A DNA stretch of 49,842 bases. Origin: a bacterium. GTDB taxonomy: Bacteria; JAHJDO01. Below are positions 49,661 to 49,842 of this stretch, piece after piece (the stretch's first letter is position 1; each line of letters starts with the position of its first letter). The stretch spans positions 1 through 49,842 of the forward strand of contig JBDRTG010000008.1 of the NCBI GenBank assembly GCA_043824255.1, read 5' to 3'. Under the pieces are notes generated by a model. The model did no database searches and had not been told where the DNA came from. It was given only the letters and a program-made list of their open reading frames with translations. The position numbers were made by a program, and so were the translations under genes.

Positions 49661-49704
49661 ATTTCAACCAGTGTGAGTATATTACTATTCTTTGTCAAGA
49701 TAAA

Positions 49705-49842
49705 TGTCAAGCCAAAATAGAAATGTCCTATTCTTACCAAAGTAGAAATGTCCTATTTTGTTAAGATTAGTAGTAGTAAGTTTTTCTTTTTGATCAAACT
49801 TTTTCTTTTTGTTAATTCTGTGCATATTGTGGATAACTCCTT
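49705..49842. mobile_element. Second copy of the same IS terminus, inverted, truncated by the window edge
   Basis: TGTCAAGCCAAAATAGAAATGTCC...; exact reverse complement of 3-140. Confidence 0.8.

Noticed and set aside
432..49740. Many short antisense or alternate-frame ORFs in the track (e.g. 815-1222, 14100-14585, 29393-29812, 39882-40352, 41022-41447, 49161-49676)
   Set aside because: They overlap well-supported genes and show no recognisable motifs; treated as shadow ORFs.
1..49842. Whole window as a composite transposon, or a linear replicon with terminal inverted repeats
   Set aside because: The cargo is core housekeeping (rib, nusB, efp, acc, clpX, lon), and the TGT/ACA termini face inward, so the elements extend outside the window. 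Assembly breaks at a multicopy IS explain this more simply.

Overview
AT-rich bacterial chromosome segment, probably a complete contig from an uncultured anaerobe. A prepilin/H-X9-DG gene hints at the PVC group, but taxonomy cannot be fixed from the sequence. Both ends stop in the same ~138-bp IS terminus, in inverted orientation. Almost all genes are on +. In order: FMN riboswitch with ribD-ribE-ribBA-ribH; a compositionally distinct 613-aa orphan ending in a degenerate integron attC-like site; nusB; O-antigen ligase/TPR; Xaa-Pro peptidase; a Phd/RelE toxin-antitoxin pair; efp-accB-accC-asp23-amaP-clpX-lon-pckG; a small accessory island (Y1/RAYT-like transposase with palindromes, a hypothetical, a DUF2779-type nuclease, a methyltransferase); nadB; and a ~21-kb cobamide region. 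That region holds pduX-cobD-cbiB-cobT-feoAB, then a cobalamin riboswitch leading a pilin-like protein, a PilZ protein, a membrane-anchored secreted protein, a membrane polyferredoxin, a double-cubane-like/HgdB protein with its ATP-dependent activator, an unannotated 52-aa Cys-rich ORF, a DUF71 ATPase, btuFCD, cobQ, a sulfatase, cobO and split MetH-like domains. It ends with dinG, a HAD phosphatase and, on the minus strand, ccdA and a thioredoxin. The best candidate for an undescribed system is the B12-riboswitch-led pilin-like + low-potential reductase + corrinoid import block. A second theme is short palindromes and heptamer repeats sitting in frame inside housekeeping genes. All protein calls come from motif recognition by eye; no database search was run.
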